64,000 bases of DNA from Clostridia bacterium (lineage in GTDB: Bacteria > Bacillota > Clostridia > Christensenellales > Aristaeellaceae). A program made the position numbers and the translations under genes. Below the pieces are notes generated by a model. It searched no databases. It saw nothing but the letters and a program-made list of their open reading frames with translations, and had not been told where the DNA came from. Location of the stretch: the NCBI GenBank assembly GCA_017936375.1, contig JAGBFR010000050.1:55597-119596 (forward strand), in the 5' to 3' direction. The stretch's first letter is position 1. Each line of letters begins with the position of its first letter. Positions 55,801-64,000 of this stretch are shown one piece after another.

Positions 55801-56820
55801 GGAGCCAAGATTCACGCCGAGCGCATTGGCCAGCCAGCCCACGACGCCCAGCACCAGCATATAGACCGGCGGATAATCGCAGAAATAATTGTCGGAATAG
55901 AAGTTCATCGGGCCGCCGGAGGCCATCTTCCCCGCCCATGCGCCGTAGCAGCCCATGTCCACGCCATAGCCGGGGATCATCGCCGCAAGCACCACGCGCA
56001 CAAGCGCGGCCGCCACCAGCACGCCGGCCAGCGCCATGGGGCTGCCCTTATGCCTCAGGTCGTCGCCCTCGCGCGGGCGCAGCAGCAGCGCCGCGCACGC
56101 CGCGGCAAAGGCCGCATACAGCGCCGCCACGCCGGCCAGCAGGGCGATCATCGCCCGCCTGCTCAGGCCTTCCTTATCTTCGGGGGCGCCGCTCTGCGCG
56201 CTCGGCTCCGGCGGGGCGATATCCAGCACCGTCACGCCGAGGGGCGCCTCCTCCACCTGCACAAGCTCCGCATCGCGGAACCACGCCTTGCCCGTATTCT
56301 CCGAGCCGTAGCCGCCAAGGCGCAGGCAAACGGTCGCCTCGGTCTGCCCCCTGCCTGTGCGGGCATAGAGCGTCACCGTCTCAAATTCGCCGTCCGTATC
56401 GTACACGCAGTCGCTCGTTCCGTAGATGCCAAGGAAGGAAACGTTCGCGCCGATGCGCGTCGTATCGCAGCCCTCCGCGCGCACGCGGGCGGTCAGGCGA
56501 TAGGTCGCCTCCGGGCGGACGGACACCGCCTGCTCAAAGCGGGCGTCGTTGAGCGCGGCATTCTCCACCAGCAGCGCGGGCGCGCCGTCCTCCAGCGTCA
56601 CCGCCTCCAGATAGGACGCGCCGGCACTGGTCACCCACATGCCCGTGCGCCATCCGTCCGGCATGCCGCCGCTGACGGCGGAGAAATCGCCGTTTTCGAT
56701 CAGATTGCCCTCCTGCAGGGGCAGCTCATCCCGCCCGGGCAGGAGGAACGCAGCGCACGCCGCCAGCGCGATCACAATCAGCGCCGCAGCGAGGAGCACG
56801 CGTCTGTTCATCTGCTTCAT
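52837..56820 (-). CDS. 1327-aa multidomain membrane glycosyltransferase: CBM-like domain, GT-C module 1, discoidin-like domain, PMT/ArnT-like GT-C module 2
   Basis: Signal anchor. Jelly-roll-like N-terminal domain. First polytopic block (GYGVDMGCYGAWAGKM..FCDYPPVY). Soluble block (aa ~760-900). Second polytopic block with DEIYHGRTGYE...THPPLGK, typical of GT39/PMT-type enzymes. Confidence 0.75.
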   Translation of the reverse strand: MKQMNRRVLLAAALIVIALAACAAFLLPGRDELPLQEGNLIENGDFSAVSGGMPDGWRTGMWVTSAGASYLEAVTLEDGAPALLVENAALNDARFEQAVSVRPEATYRLTARVRAEGCDTTRIGANVSFLGIYGTSDCVYDTDGEFETVTLYARTGRGQTEATVCLRLGGYGSENTGKAWFRDAELVQVEEAPLGVTVLDIAPPEPSAQSGAPEDKEGLSRRAMIALLAGVAALYAAFAAACAALLLRPREGDDLRHKGSPMALAGVLVAAALVRVVLAAMIPGYGVDMGCYGAWAGKMASGGPMNFYSDNYFCDYPPVYMLVLGVVGWLANALGVNLGSMDGQFLLKLTPILCDLALAGAVYGVGRRSMTARAALGLAALTAFNPAFIVTGSCWGQVDSVLAILLVLMLLPARRGRWHLAIPAFALAVLTKPQAGLLVPLGIAALCKDLFGRARDAQDKRLARRQTLIGIAGGLLLTVLISQLFRGNQPAFWLVEDYINTLSSYDYATLSTGNLMFLLGGNWVANSEKLFGFLTYGEFGFAMMALAFALGVWVYLRSRGRGRLFTSAALTMQLVFALGTKMHERYILPALALLVFAYMETGDVRILLSCVLASAASAVNIGAVLAFEYLIAPNMWLGYIISAVQLIAAALTLWTAASLALGRAPMRLPIREDDTDDDEPGGDDPSSDGVYTAPERRMREELLAPRDHRLHLRRRDYAIMLAITAVYAVVGFWNLGATDAPQTGYASSAPGETVTLDLGELREDFRIYYYGGISDTQFSFAASDDGVTFSEETDAFFDRGECFKWMAVRNPSYDEDGRVKGASGGMLSFSGRYLRVTFKNAGANLWEIAAVTKEGEVLPVVGAAASGAREGRGADPLLLIDEQNTVPDVPSWHNSMYFDEIYHGRTGYEHANALSTYETTHPPLGKVFMSWCIRLMGMTPFAWRFAGALCGVLMIPAMYLLAMTLLSSTKWAALSTLLLAADCMHYTQTRIATIDSFPVLFMMLMFMFMARWMKMNYYHCRLRDTFVPLALSGACMGLAIASKWIGCYGAVGLAALFFARFYNLCRQGLYARAHRDEDPAFERAANLMMPHAVKTIAACCVFFVLIPVAIYIASYIPYLRYYGEVKLNAALFRRVWDAQVLMFDYHWDLVAEHYFASPWYEWPLIVKPMWYYAADFKGAGMASSILAFGNPAVWWTGLAGILFVLGYSLYRNAMPAMGLLRGREDEYDRAMPVIAVGFLSAYLPWVLVSRLTFIYHYFASVPFIILATAQALRYMERRERRTAYILGIVLGAAAVALFVAFYPLASGLEVPRAWCDAVSWFDNWMWY

Positions 56821-56874
56821 GTCAAGCCTCCGATTCGGGCTGCCAAAGCATGGCCCGAAGGTCCCATTCCGGCG

Positions 56875-57261
56875 TCAGAACGCCGGCCCCTGATAGGGAA
56901 ACGCATTGCGGATATGCGTCACGCGCTCCCCCTGAATCTCCAGCACATCAAACCGCGCCTGCCGATTCATCAGGCCGTTTTTCATCATAAAGTACAGCGC
57001 GCCCTTACAGATGCGCCGCTGCTTCGCCGGGGTCACCGCCTCGCGGCCAAGGCCCGTGCGCGCATTGCGCCGCAGCTTCACCTCGACAAAGGCGATCACA
57101 TTCCCGTCGAGCACGACGAGATCGATCTCCGACCCGTAGGCCTGCACATTGCGCGCAAGCACGCGGCAGCCCTGCGCCTGCAGGTACTGCTCCGCCCGGA
57201 TCTCGCCGAGCTTCCCCTCCGCCCGCGCGTCCATGCCGGGCACATCGTTCATGTCCCGCAT
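56875..57261 (-). CDS. yraN: YraN family endonuclease (UPF0102)
   Basis: LGEIRAEQYLQAQGCRVLARN...EIDLV...FVEVK signature. I place the start at the ATG 6 nt after the rnhB stop. Confidence 0.75.
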   Translation of the reverse strand: MRDMNDVPGMDARAEGKLGEIRAEQYLQAQGCRVLARNVQAYGSEIDLVVLDGNVIAFVEVKLRRNARTGLGREAVTPAKQRRICKGALYFMMKNGLMNRQARFDVLEIQGERVTHIRNAFPYQGPAF

Positions 57262-57266
57262 GGCGC

Positions 57267-57896
57267 TCACACTTTTACGAAATTGCCGATGAAGGAGCGC
57301 CTGTGCACCGGGCACGGGCCGTACTGCTTCAGCGCGGCGATGTGCTCCGCCGTGCCGTAGCCCTTGTTCTTGGCAAATCCATACTGCGGGTACATCGCGT
57401 CCAGCTCGCGCATGATGCGGTCACGTGTCACCTTCGCCAGGATCGACGCCGCCGCGATCGAGTAGCACAGCGCGTCGCCGTGCACAATGCCGCGCACCTC
57501 GCCCCGGACGTCCAGCGTGCTGATGGCGTCCACGAGGAAGAGATCGCAGGGCGCGTCCTTCGCCGCATCGGCCATGGCGCGCTTCGTCGCGCGCAGGATG
57601 TTGTCGCGGTCGATCTCCTCCGGCTGCGCCAGCTCCACGCGCGCATAGACCGCCGTCTCGAGGATCTTCTCATACATCTCCTCGCGGCGCTTTTCGCTGA
57701 GCTTCTTGCTGTCGTCCACGTAGAGCAGCAGCGGCTCGGGCGGCATGACCACGCACGCCGTCGCCACCGGGCCGCAGAGCGGGCCCCGGCCCGCCTCGTC
57801 GATGCCGGCAAAGGCGCGGCCCGTCTGCCAGATCTCGCGGTCGATCGCGCTGATCTCGATCAGCCTCGCGTTCCAGTCCTTCTTCATTCGCTTCAC
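57267..57896 (-). CDS. rnhB: ribonuclease HII
   Basis: GIDEAGRGPL, DSKKLS and AASILAK motifs. GTG start overlapping the ylqF stop. Confidence 0.9.
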   Translation of the reverse strand: MKRMKKDWNARLIEISAIDREIWQTGRAFAGIDEAGRGPLCGPVATACVVMPPEPLLLYVDDSKKLSEKRREEMYEKILETAVYARVELAQPEEIDRDNILRATKRAMADAAKDAPCDLFLVDAISTLDVRGEVRGIVHGDALCYSIAAASILAKVTRDRIMRELDAMYPQYGFAKNKGYGTAEHIAALKQYGPCPVHRRSFIGNFVKV

Positions 57897-58843
57897 TCGC
57901 CCTTCTGTTCAGGCATGTTCTCCGGCTTATTCTCCGGCTGCTTTTCCGGCTTTTTGATCTCCGGCGCGCGCTGAAGCGTCAGTCGGCCCAGCTTTCCCGC
58001 GCGGAATTCATCCAGAATCACCGCCGCGCCGCGGTCGGTATCCGCCACGCCGCCGGGCATCAGCCAGCCGCGGCCGCGGCATGCGCTCTCCAGCAGGGCG
58101 ACGCCGCGCTCCTCGGCGGTCTTGAGCTTGAAGCGGGTCATCGCCGCATCCGGCTTGAGCTCCATGAGCATCTCCAGCAGGCGGATGGCCAGCATCTGCT
58201 GATCCATGATCTGATCGTTGATCGTGCCGACAAAGGCGAGGGCGCGCGCGTCCTGCTGGTCGTCGATCTTCGGCCAGAGCAGGCCGGGCGTGTCCAGAAG
58301 CTCGAGATAGGGCGTGATGCGCACCCACTGATTGCTGCGGGTGACGCCGGGGCGGTCGCCGGTTTTGGCGATAGCCGCGCCGTTGATGCGGTTGGTGAAG
58401 GTGGACTTGCCCACGTTGGGCACGCCGACGATCATCGCGCGGACGGTCTTCTTCACCCCGCGCGCCGCCATCTTCGCCACAGCCTCGCTCGCCGCGCGCT
58501 CAATGCGGGCGACGACGTCCTTGGGCCTGCCGCGCACGCTGTCAAAGCTCATCGCGTCGATCCCCTGCTGCCTGTAATAGGCGAGCCATGCGCGGGTTGC
58601 GCTCTCCTCGGCGAGATCCGCCTTGCCCAGGATGAGCAGGCGCTTCTTCCCCTTGACCAGCGCGTCAAGGTCGGGATTGCGGCTGGCGCGCGGGATGCGC
58701 GCGTCGCACAGCTCCACCACCACATCCACGCGGGAGAGCTGATCGGTCAGAAGGCGCTTGGCGCGCGCCATATGGCCGGGATACCAGTTGATCTTTTTTT
58801 CCTCCGCGCGGAGGATCATATCATCGTTCATCATATGCTCCAT
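57893..58843 (-). CDS. rbgA: ribosome biogenesis GTPase A (YlqF/RbgA)
   Basis: INWYPGHMAKA-like N-terminus. Circularly permuted GTPase motifs (NKADL-like GKADL, then GVPNVGKST). Confidence 0.9.
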   Translation of the reverse strand: MEHMMNDDMILRAEEKKINWYPGHMARAKRLLTDQLSRVDVVVELCDARIPRASRNPDLDALVKGKKRLLILGKADLAEESATRAWLAYYRQQGIDAMSFDSVRGRPKDVVARIERAASEAVAKMAARGVKKTVRAMIVGVPNVGKSTFTNRINGAAIAKTGDRPGVTRSNQWVRITPYLELLDTPGLLWPKIDDQQDARALAFVGTINDQIMDQQMLAIRLLEMLMELKPDAAMTRFKLKTAEERGVALLESACRGRGWLMPGGVADTDRGAAVILDEFRAGKLGRLTLQRAPEIKKPEKQPENKPENMPEQKGE

Positions 58844-58958
58844 TTCATGCGCCCGCTATACAGACGAAGCAGGGCGCGCGTTCGTTTCACCGGCGCGCAT
58901 GCGCGGCGAAATTCCAACTCTATATGTCATCGGGCGCACGGCCCGCAGCGCAATTCTG

Positions 58959-58994
58959 AAAGAAAAAGGACCGCCGGAAAATCCGGCGGTCCTA
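58959..58994 (-). terminator. intrinsic terminator after rplS
   Basis: Minus strand AGGACCGCCGG-ATTT-TCCGGCGGTCCT followed by TTTTCTTTC. Confidence 0.8.
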
Positions 58995-59003
58995 AAAGCA
59001 CAA

Positions 59004-59345
59004 TTACCTCTCCTTAATCTTGGCGGCCTTGCCGGACAGATTACGCAGGTAGTACAGCTTCGCACGGCGAACCTTGCCGCGGCGGAGCACCGTAATCTTA
59101 TCAAGACGCGGGGAATGCAGCGGGAATGTACGCTCCACACCGATGCCGTAGGAAACACGGCGGAGGGTGAAGGTCTCACGGACGCTGCCGTTGCGCTTAG
59201 CGATGCAGACGCCCTCAAAGGCCTGCAGACGCTCGCGACCATTCTCAACAACCTTCACCATCACACGCAGGGTGTCGCCCACGTTGAACTTGGGAAGATC
59301 CTTCTTGAGCTGCTCGCTTTCGATCGCACGAATGATCTCGCTCAT
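59004..59345 (-). CDS. rplS: 50S ribosomal protein L19
   Basis: 114 aa. FNVGDTLRV...[11 protein letters not shown]...RKLYYLR is unmistakable L19. Confidence 0.95.
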   Translation of the reverse strand: MSEIIRAIESEQLKKDLPKFNVGDTLRVMVKVVENGRERLQAFEGVCIAKRNGSVRETFTLRRVSYGIGVERTFPLHSPRLDKITVLRRGKVRRAKLYYLRNLSGKAAKIKER

Positions 59346-59426
59346 TGTCGATTTCTCCTTTCCACATAGACGTTCATGTCCGGCGCGACTTTGCCGACAG
59401 CGGAACGTCCGTTTCATACGGGGTCA

Positions 59427-59456
59427 ATTATAGCACGCCGCCCATATGTTTTGCAA
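59427..59456 (-). promoter_or_regulatory. sigma-A promoter of rplS
   Basis: The minus strand reads TTGCAA, an 18-nt spacer ending in TGC, then TATAAT (extended -10). The leader is about 80 nt. Confidence 0.6.
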
Positions 59457-59539
59457 GAGAAATTTTTACGGAATGTTCAAGAATTTTCTGTTTTCTGTCA
59501 CCTTTTTTCGCTTTTCGCCGTCCGCAGCGCCTCCCTCGC

Positions 59540-60784
59540 TCAGGGCAGCACGGCAAGGAGCGATTCCAGCGAGCGGACAGCGCCCTCCGCCGTCTCCTCT
59601 CCCTCCAACACACTGCGCAGCGCCCGGGCAAAGCGCGCCCGCAGCGTCGCGCCCCGGCTGTCCGACGACAGGCTGCGCAGCCAGATCGCCCCATCCTGCC
59701 ACAGGCCGCGCGCGCCCAGCACGGCAAGCGCCCGCTCGTCCCCCGCGAGGAAGGCCGCCGCCTCCATGGAGAGCGCCGTCTGCCGCGCATCCGCACCGAC
59801 GAACGCCGATACGCCCGTCAATTCCCACGAGCGGACAGGCACGCCCGTGGAGGAAGGGTAATCCATCACATACAGCTCCACGCCGTTTTCCCGCAGGCGC
59901 TCGCCAAAGCGGCGCTCGTCCGCCTGCGTCCATCCGATGAAGAGCGCAGTCTCCCCGGCTATAAAGCGCCCAAGCGCCTCCTGCCGCCCATCGCAGAGGG
60001 AGACAAGGGCGCAGTCCGCCATTTCCTCAAGCCACGCCACGGCGGAGGGCAGGCCCGTCGCCCCGCCATGCCATGCCTCGCCCTGCGGCGGGAGGAGCTC
60101 GCCGCCGTAGAGCGCCTGAAGAAACGCCTCCACGTCCGCCGCCTCATCGCCCTGCTGCGCGCAGTCCGCCAGCCAGAAGTCGACGGACGGAATCTGCGCC
60201 AGCTGCAATTCCTCCAGGAGGAGATTGAGCTGCGAGGGCATCCACACCGGGCAGGCATAAGGATCCAGCAGCGCGCCCAGCCCCGCGGCATGCACCAGCC
60301 GCGCATTGACCGCCATGCGCCTGTGCCGTGCCGCAAGCGGGGCCATGTACAGCGTCTCCCCCCGCACGCAGGCCTCGACGACCTCCTCCTGCATCCGCGA
60401 GAGACCCTCAACGCGCCCGTCAAGCGGGGCCAGCAGCCCTTCCTCCGCCCACGGCATCGCCTCCGCGGGGGAACAGATCGCCACCTGCGGCGCGCGCCCG
60501 GCCATCACCAGCGCCCGCAGGCTGCCCGCATCCTCCTCATGGATCATCTCAAATGCGCCCTGCTCAAAGGTCTCCCCCAGCAGCCGGGCAAGGTGCCGCG
60601 CATCCTCCCTATCAAGCGCATCCTGCGCCACATAGACAGCCACAGGCGTCCTGCGCTGCGCCTCGCCGTCCGTCTGGATCATCCCCTCTGCCCGCGCCGC
60701 GCCGGCAAGCTGCAGCGCCGCAAGCAGCGCAAGCGCCGTCCTTCTGATGTTCACGCCCGTCCCCTCCTTCTGCTCATGATCCAT
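59540..60784 (-). CDS. secreted protein, distantly solute-binding-protein-like
   Basis: Signal peptide RRTALALLAALQLAGAARA. Weak resemblance to family-1 ABC substrate-binding proteins. Start uncertain. Confidence 0.4.
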   Translation of the reverse strand: MDHEQKEGTGVNIRRTALALLAALQLAGAARAEGMIQTDGEAQRRTPVAVYVAQDALDREDARHLARLLGETFEQGAFEMIHEEDAGSLRALVMAGRAPQVAICSPAEAMPWAEEGLLAPLDGRVEGLSRMQEEVVEACVRGETLYMAPLAARHRRMAVNARLVHAAGLGALLDPYACPVWMPSQLNLLLEELQLAQIPSVDFWLADCAQQGDEAADVEAFLQALYGGELLPPQGEAWHGGATGLPSAVAWLEEMADCALVSLCDGRQEALGRFIAGETALFIGWTQADERRFGERLRENGVELYVMDYPSSTGVPVRSWELTGVSAFVGADARQTALSMEAAAFLAGDERALAVLGARGLWQDGAIWLRSLSSDSRGATLRARFARALRSVLEGEETAEGAVRSLESLLAVLP

Positions 60785-60902
60785 GTATACACGCCCGGAG
60801 GCAAAAGCATGCCTGTTTTTTTGATCCGCGCACGGGGCTTGCCCAAAACGCCGGGGCGGCGTATAATGGAAGCAGTCATCAAACATACAGGAGGATACAC
60901 CC

Positions 60903-62078
60903 ATGAGCGCTCTGCTTCTTCGCGGCGGCCTCGTTCACGACGCCGTGACCGCCGCCCCCTATACCGCCGACATCCTCTGCGAGGACGGCAAAATCGCCGC
61001 CATCGGCGAGAACCTGACCGCGCCTGAGGGCTGCGAAATCATCGACGCCGCCGGCATGAACGTCTACCCCGGCTTTGTCGAGGCGCACGGCCATCTCGGC
61101 CTTGACGGCTACGGCATCGGCTACGAGGGTCAGGATTACAACGAGTACGGCGACCCTGTGACCCCGCATCTGCGCGCCATCGACGGCATCAAGCCCAGCG
61201 ACTATGCCCTTGCGGAGGCCGCTGCCGCCGGCGTCACCACCATCTGCACCGGCCCCGGCTCCTCCAACGTGCTGGGCGGCACCTTCGCCGCGATCAAAAC
61301 CGTCGGCCGCCGCGTCGAGGACATGGTCGTCAAGGCGGAAATCGCCATGAAGTGCGCCTTCGGCGAGAATCCGAAGCGCTGCTACCGCGACAAGGCCAAT
61401 TCCTCCCGCATGACCACCGCCTCCCGCCTGCGCGAGATGCTCTTCAAGGCCCGCGAGTATGACCGCAAGATCAAGGCCGCCGGCGACGACGAGAGCAAGC
61501 TGCCCGCCTTTGACATGAAGCTCAACGCGCTGCTGCCGGTCATCCGCGGCGAAATGCCGCTCAAGGCGCACGCCCATCAGGCGGATGACATGTTCACCGC
61601 CATCCGCATCGCCAAGGAATTCGGCGTGAAGCTGACCCTTGAGCACTGCACCGAGGGCCATCTCGTCGCCGATCTGCTCGCCGCCGAGGGCCTGCCCATG
61701 GCCGTCGGCCCGACGCTCGGCCACGCCAGCAAGTACGAGCTGCGCAAGAAGAGCTGGGAGACCCCGGCCGCGCTCGACAAGGCCGGCTGCCAGGTGTCCA
61801 TCATCACCGACGCCCCGGTCATCCCGCTCAAGTACCTGCCCATCTGCGCGGGCCTGGCCATCAAGGCCGGCATGGATCCCTTCCACGCGCTCAAGGCCAT
61901 CACCATCAACCCGGCGAAGCATGCCGGCATTGAGGACCGCGTCGGCTCCATCGAGGTCGGCAAGGACGCCGATATCGTCGTCATGGACGGCAGCTGCTTC
62001 GAGGTTTCCTCCGTCGTCAAGCATGTCTTTATCAACGGCGCCGCTCAAGCCACGCAGGTGAAGTTCAGCGAGATGTAA
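60903..62078 (+). CDS. amidohydrolase family protein (metal-dependent hydrolase)
   Basis: N-terminal beta-sandwich (LLRGGLVHD...IDAAGMNVYPGFVEAHGHLG) with an HxH metal motif, and a C-terminal GSIEVGKDADIVV segment. Confidence 0.8.
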   Translation: MSALLLRGGLVHDAVTAAPYTADILCEDGKIAAIGENLTAPEGCEIIDAAGMNVYPGFVEAHGHLGLDGYGIGYEGQDYNEYGDPVTPHLRAIDGIKPSDYALAEAAAAGVTTICTGPGSSNVLGGTFAAIKTVGRRVEDMVVKAEIAMKCAFGENPKRCYRDKANSSRMTTASRLREMLFKAREYDRKIKAAGDDESKLPAFDMKLNALLPVIRGEMPLKAHAHQADDMFTAIRIAKEFGVKLTLEHCTEGHLVADLLAAEGLPMAVGPTLGHASKYELRKKSWETPAALDKAGCQVSIITDAPVIPLKYLPICAGLAIKAGMDPFHALKAITINPAKHAGIEDRVGSIEVGKDADIVVMDGSCFEVSSVVKHVFINGAAQATQVKFSEM

Positions 62079-62103
62079 GTCTCGTCTTTCCCTCAACACA
62101 TAT

Positions 62104-62143
62104 AAAGCCGCCGCTCCCCTCGATCGGGAAGCGGCGGTTTTTT
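62104..62143. terminator. bidirectional intrinsic terminator between convergent genes
   Basis: AAAGCCGCCGCTCCCC-TCGAT-CGGGAAGCGGCGGTTTTTT. Confidence 0.75.
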
Positions 62144-62156
62144 CATCATTCAGTTC

Positions 62157-63806
62157 TTACTCGTCCAGCACGCGGACATTCTCCCGCCCGAAGGCGTCAA
62201 AGACCTTGTCAAGGCTCTTCTGCGCCTGCTCCTGCGCGGCGCGCTGAGCGGCGAGGATGCTCTGATCCGACTCCGCGACGGAGCCCTCCAGCGCCGCACG
62301 GAAGGTACAGGGATACCCCGCGGCCGCCGTGAGCAGCTGCGCGATCTGGTCGTTCTTGTCCTGCATGGAGAGCATCTTGACGGACATCGCGCCCGTCCCC
62401 TTGGGATAGACCACGGTGAAGCAGCCATTTTCCGCCGAGGCGAGCCTGCCGCCCTTGGCGAGGCCGAAAATCATGGGCTTCTGCTTGAGCTGGCGCATGG
62501 CCTCCTGCCAGATGCGCTCCGCCTCGGGCGCGGCGCCCTTGGGCGTCTCCTGCATCACGGTCGCCTCCTGCTGCGGCGCGGCGGCAGCTCCCTCCGGCGC
62601 GGCCTTGGCGCGCCTTGCCGCAGGCGCGGCGGCGACGACGCCCTCGCGCACCTTGCGCTCCAATTCGCCCACGCGCTCCATCAGAGCCTCCAGCTGCAGC
62701 GTCTCCTCCGGCGCGCAGGCGCGCAGCGCGGCGGCCTCCAGCGCAAAGCGGGGCTGCGCCGCCCACTTCATATCCGTCTCGCTCTCAAGGAAGAGGTCGA
62801 GCATCCGCAGAAGGCGCGTGTCGCTCACGCGCTGCGCCTGCTCGATGTAGGCCTGCGCCTCCTCCTGCGTGGTCTCCAGCAGCTGCGCGGCATGCTCCGC
62901 GCCGCAGACCTTCGCCAGCATCAGTGCGCGGATATGCGCGCTCACATCTCGCACAAAGACCTGCACCTCGCGGCCCATGCGCATCATCCGGTCGATCGTC
63001 CCCAGCGCGCCGGCGGCGTCCGTCGAGATGAGCTGATCCGCAAAGTCGAAGAGGACGCTCTTATCCGCTGCGCCAAGCACGCGCAGAACCAGCGCCTCCG
63101 TCAGGCCCTCGCCGTCCTCCTGCGCAAAGCCTATGCACATGTCCATGATCGACCATGCGTCGCGCATGCCGCCTTCGGCCGCGCGGGCAATGCGGGCAAG
63201 CGCCGCATCCTGCGCGGCGATGCCGCCCTCCTCCAGCGCCACGCGCAGGCGCTCGATGATCTGATGCGAAGGGATGCGCCCAAAGTCAAAGCGCTGGCAT
63301 CGGGAGAGGATCGTCGCCGGGAGCTTCTGCGGCTCCGTCGTGGCGAGGATGAAGACGACGTAGGAGGGCGGCTCTTCCAGCGTCTTGAGGAGCGCGTTGA
63401 ACGCGCCCGCCGAGAGCATATGCACCTCGTCGATGATATACACGCGGTAGCGGCCCGTCTGCGGGGGATACTTCACCTTCTCGCGCAGATCGCGGATCTC
63501 GTCCACGCCGTTGTTGCTCGCCGCGTCAATCTCAAGGATGTCCAGGCTGCTCTCCGCCGATAGCGCGCGGCAGACCTCGCATGCCCCGCAGGGCTCGCCC
63601 CGGTCGGGCTGCAGGCAGTTGACCGCGCGGGCAAAGACCTTTGCCGTGGAGGTCTTGCCAGTGCCGCGCGTGCCGCAGAAGAGATACGCATGCGCGATCC
63701 GTCCGGACATGATCTGGCTGCGCAGCGTCCTGATGACGGCCTCCTGCCCCACAAAATCGTCAAACCGCGCCGGACGATACCGGCGGTACAGCGCCTGATA
63801 ACCCAT
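62157..63806 (-). CDS. dnaX: DNA polymerase III subunit gamma/tau
   Basis: YRPARFDDFVGQE, GTRGTGKTS Walker A, DEVHMLS and SRCQRF motifs. Start at MGYQALY. Confidence 0.9.
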   Translation of the reverse strand: MGYQALYRRYRPARFDDFVGQEAVIRTLRSQIMSGRIAHAYLFCGTRGTGKTSTAKVFARAVNCLQPDRGEPCGACEVCRALSAESSLDILEIDAASNNGVDEIRDLREKVKYPPQTGRYRVYIIDEVHMLSAGAFNALLKTLEEPPSYVVFILATTEPQKLPATILSRCQRFDFGRIPSHQIIERLRVALEEGGIAAQDAALARIARAAEGGMRDAWSIMDMCIGFAQEDGEGLTEALVLRVLGAADKSVLFDFADQLISTDAAGALGTIDRMMRMGREVQVFVRDVSAHIRALMLAKVCGAEHAAQLLETTQEEAQAYIEQAQRVSDTRLLRMLDLFLESETDMKWAAQPRFALEAAALRACAPEETLQLEALMERVGELERKVREGVVAAAPAARRAKAAPEGAAAAPQQEATVMQETPKGAAPEAERIWQEAMRQLKQKPMIFGLAKGGRLASAENGCFTVVYPKGTGAMSVKMLSMQDKNDQIAQLLTAAAGYPCTFRAALEGSVAESDQSILAAQRAAQEQAQKSLDKVFDAFGRENVRVLDE

Positions 63807-63973
63807 ATGAACACCCTCTGTTTTCTGCAAAGGGACGAGACTCCCGCCCCCGATTTTCATTATATCGTTTAGGATAGCACAAAAACGGAAACTTTACAAC
63901 TGCGCCCCTTCGGGTGTACAATAATCGAAGTGCCGTTTACGGCTATCGAATTCAAGCCTAATGGAGGAAAACC

Positions 63974-64000
63974 ATGAATCTTTCCGCTGTCATTTCGCAG
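63974..64000 (+). CDS. start of an unidentified gene (truncated by the window end)
   Basis: ATG 6 nt after GGAGG. Only 9 codons (MNLSAVISQ) are visible. Confidence 0.3.

Noticed and set aside
63861-63973. Possible SRP RNA (ffs) upstream of dnaX, as in Bacillus.
   Set aside because: Only about 110 nt are available, and the conserved domain IV sequence (GGAA tetraloop helix with AGCA/GGAA loops) is not present.

Overview
This is a 64-kb chromosomal segment from a high-GC, spore-forming Firmicute. I infer Clostridia, Oscillospiraceae-like, from spoIID, DUF896, the rplS-ylqF-rnhB-yraN block, dnaX and the codon/GC style. About 60 protein genes are supported, most on the minus strand, plus one tRNA-Ala(GGC). 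I saw no rRNA, CRISPR array, transposase or integrase.

Gene content from left to right:
- sugar-ABC permeases with a LacI-family regulator
- a heterodimeric ABC exporter pair
- an orphan trpB
- an accessory stretch of single-gene modules: esterase, GNAT, Fic, LMW-PTP, SRAP, PadR-DUF2812, GNAT
- a GH79-like hydrolase
- a lower-GC island (about 14.8-21.2 kb) ending at tRNA-Ala
- spoIID, an SH3b protein and DUF896
- an orphan Hsp70-like ATPase with an unknown partner
- rluA, tex, and a small sugar-acid cluster (SDR, MBL, GH28, rpiB)
- proA
- an 18-kb cell-envelope glycopolymer locus: LCP, GtrA, priming transferase, GT2/GT4, Wzy-like protein, nucleotide-sugar dehydrogenase, and a 1327-aa double GT-C protein
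- core genes yraN, rnhB, ylqF, rplS and dnaX

The most unusual signal is in the tRNA-Ala island. It holds four copies of a structured 110-nt element (one expanded to 202 nt). Each 110-nt copy ends in the exact 3' 20 nt of the tRNA, including CCA; the expanded copy keeps 16 of those 20 nt and lacks ACCA. The expanded copy differs from the others by multiple compensatory base-pair changes. The copies are embedded in larger direct and inverted repeats that bracket cargo genes (a macro-domain protein, an MFS transporter, an AraC regulator).

Secondary signals:
- the Hsp70-like two-gene operon
- a DUF559 nuclease gene flanked by 165-bp palindrome-rich direct repeats inside the glycan locus
- leader-peptide/attenuator architectures upstream of two efflux systems

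The very long plus-strand ORFs in the track are antisense artefacts of high GC. Coordinates of non-coding features may be off by 1-2 nt.
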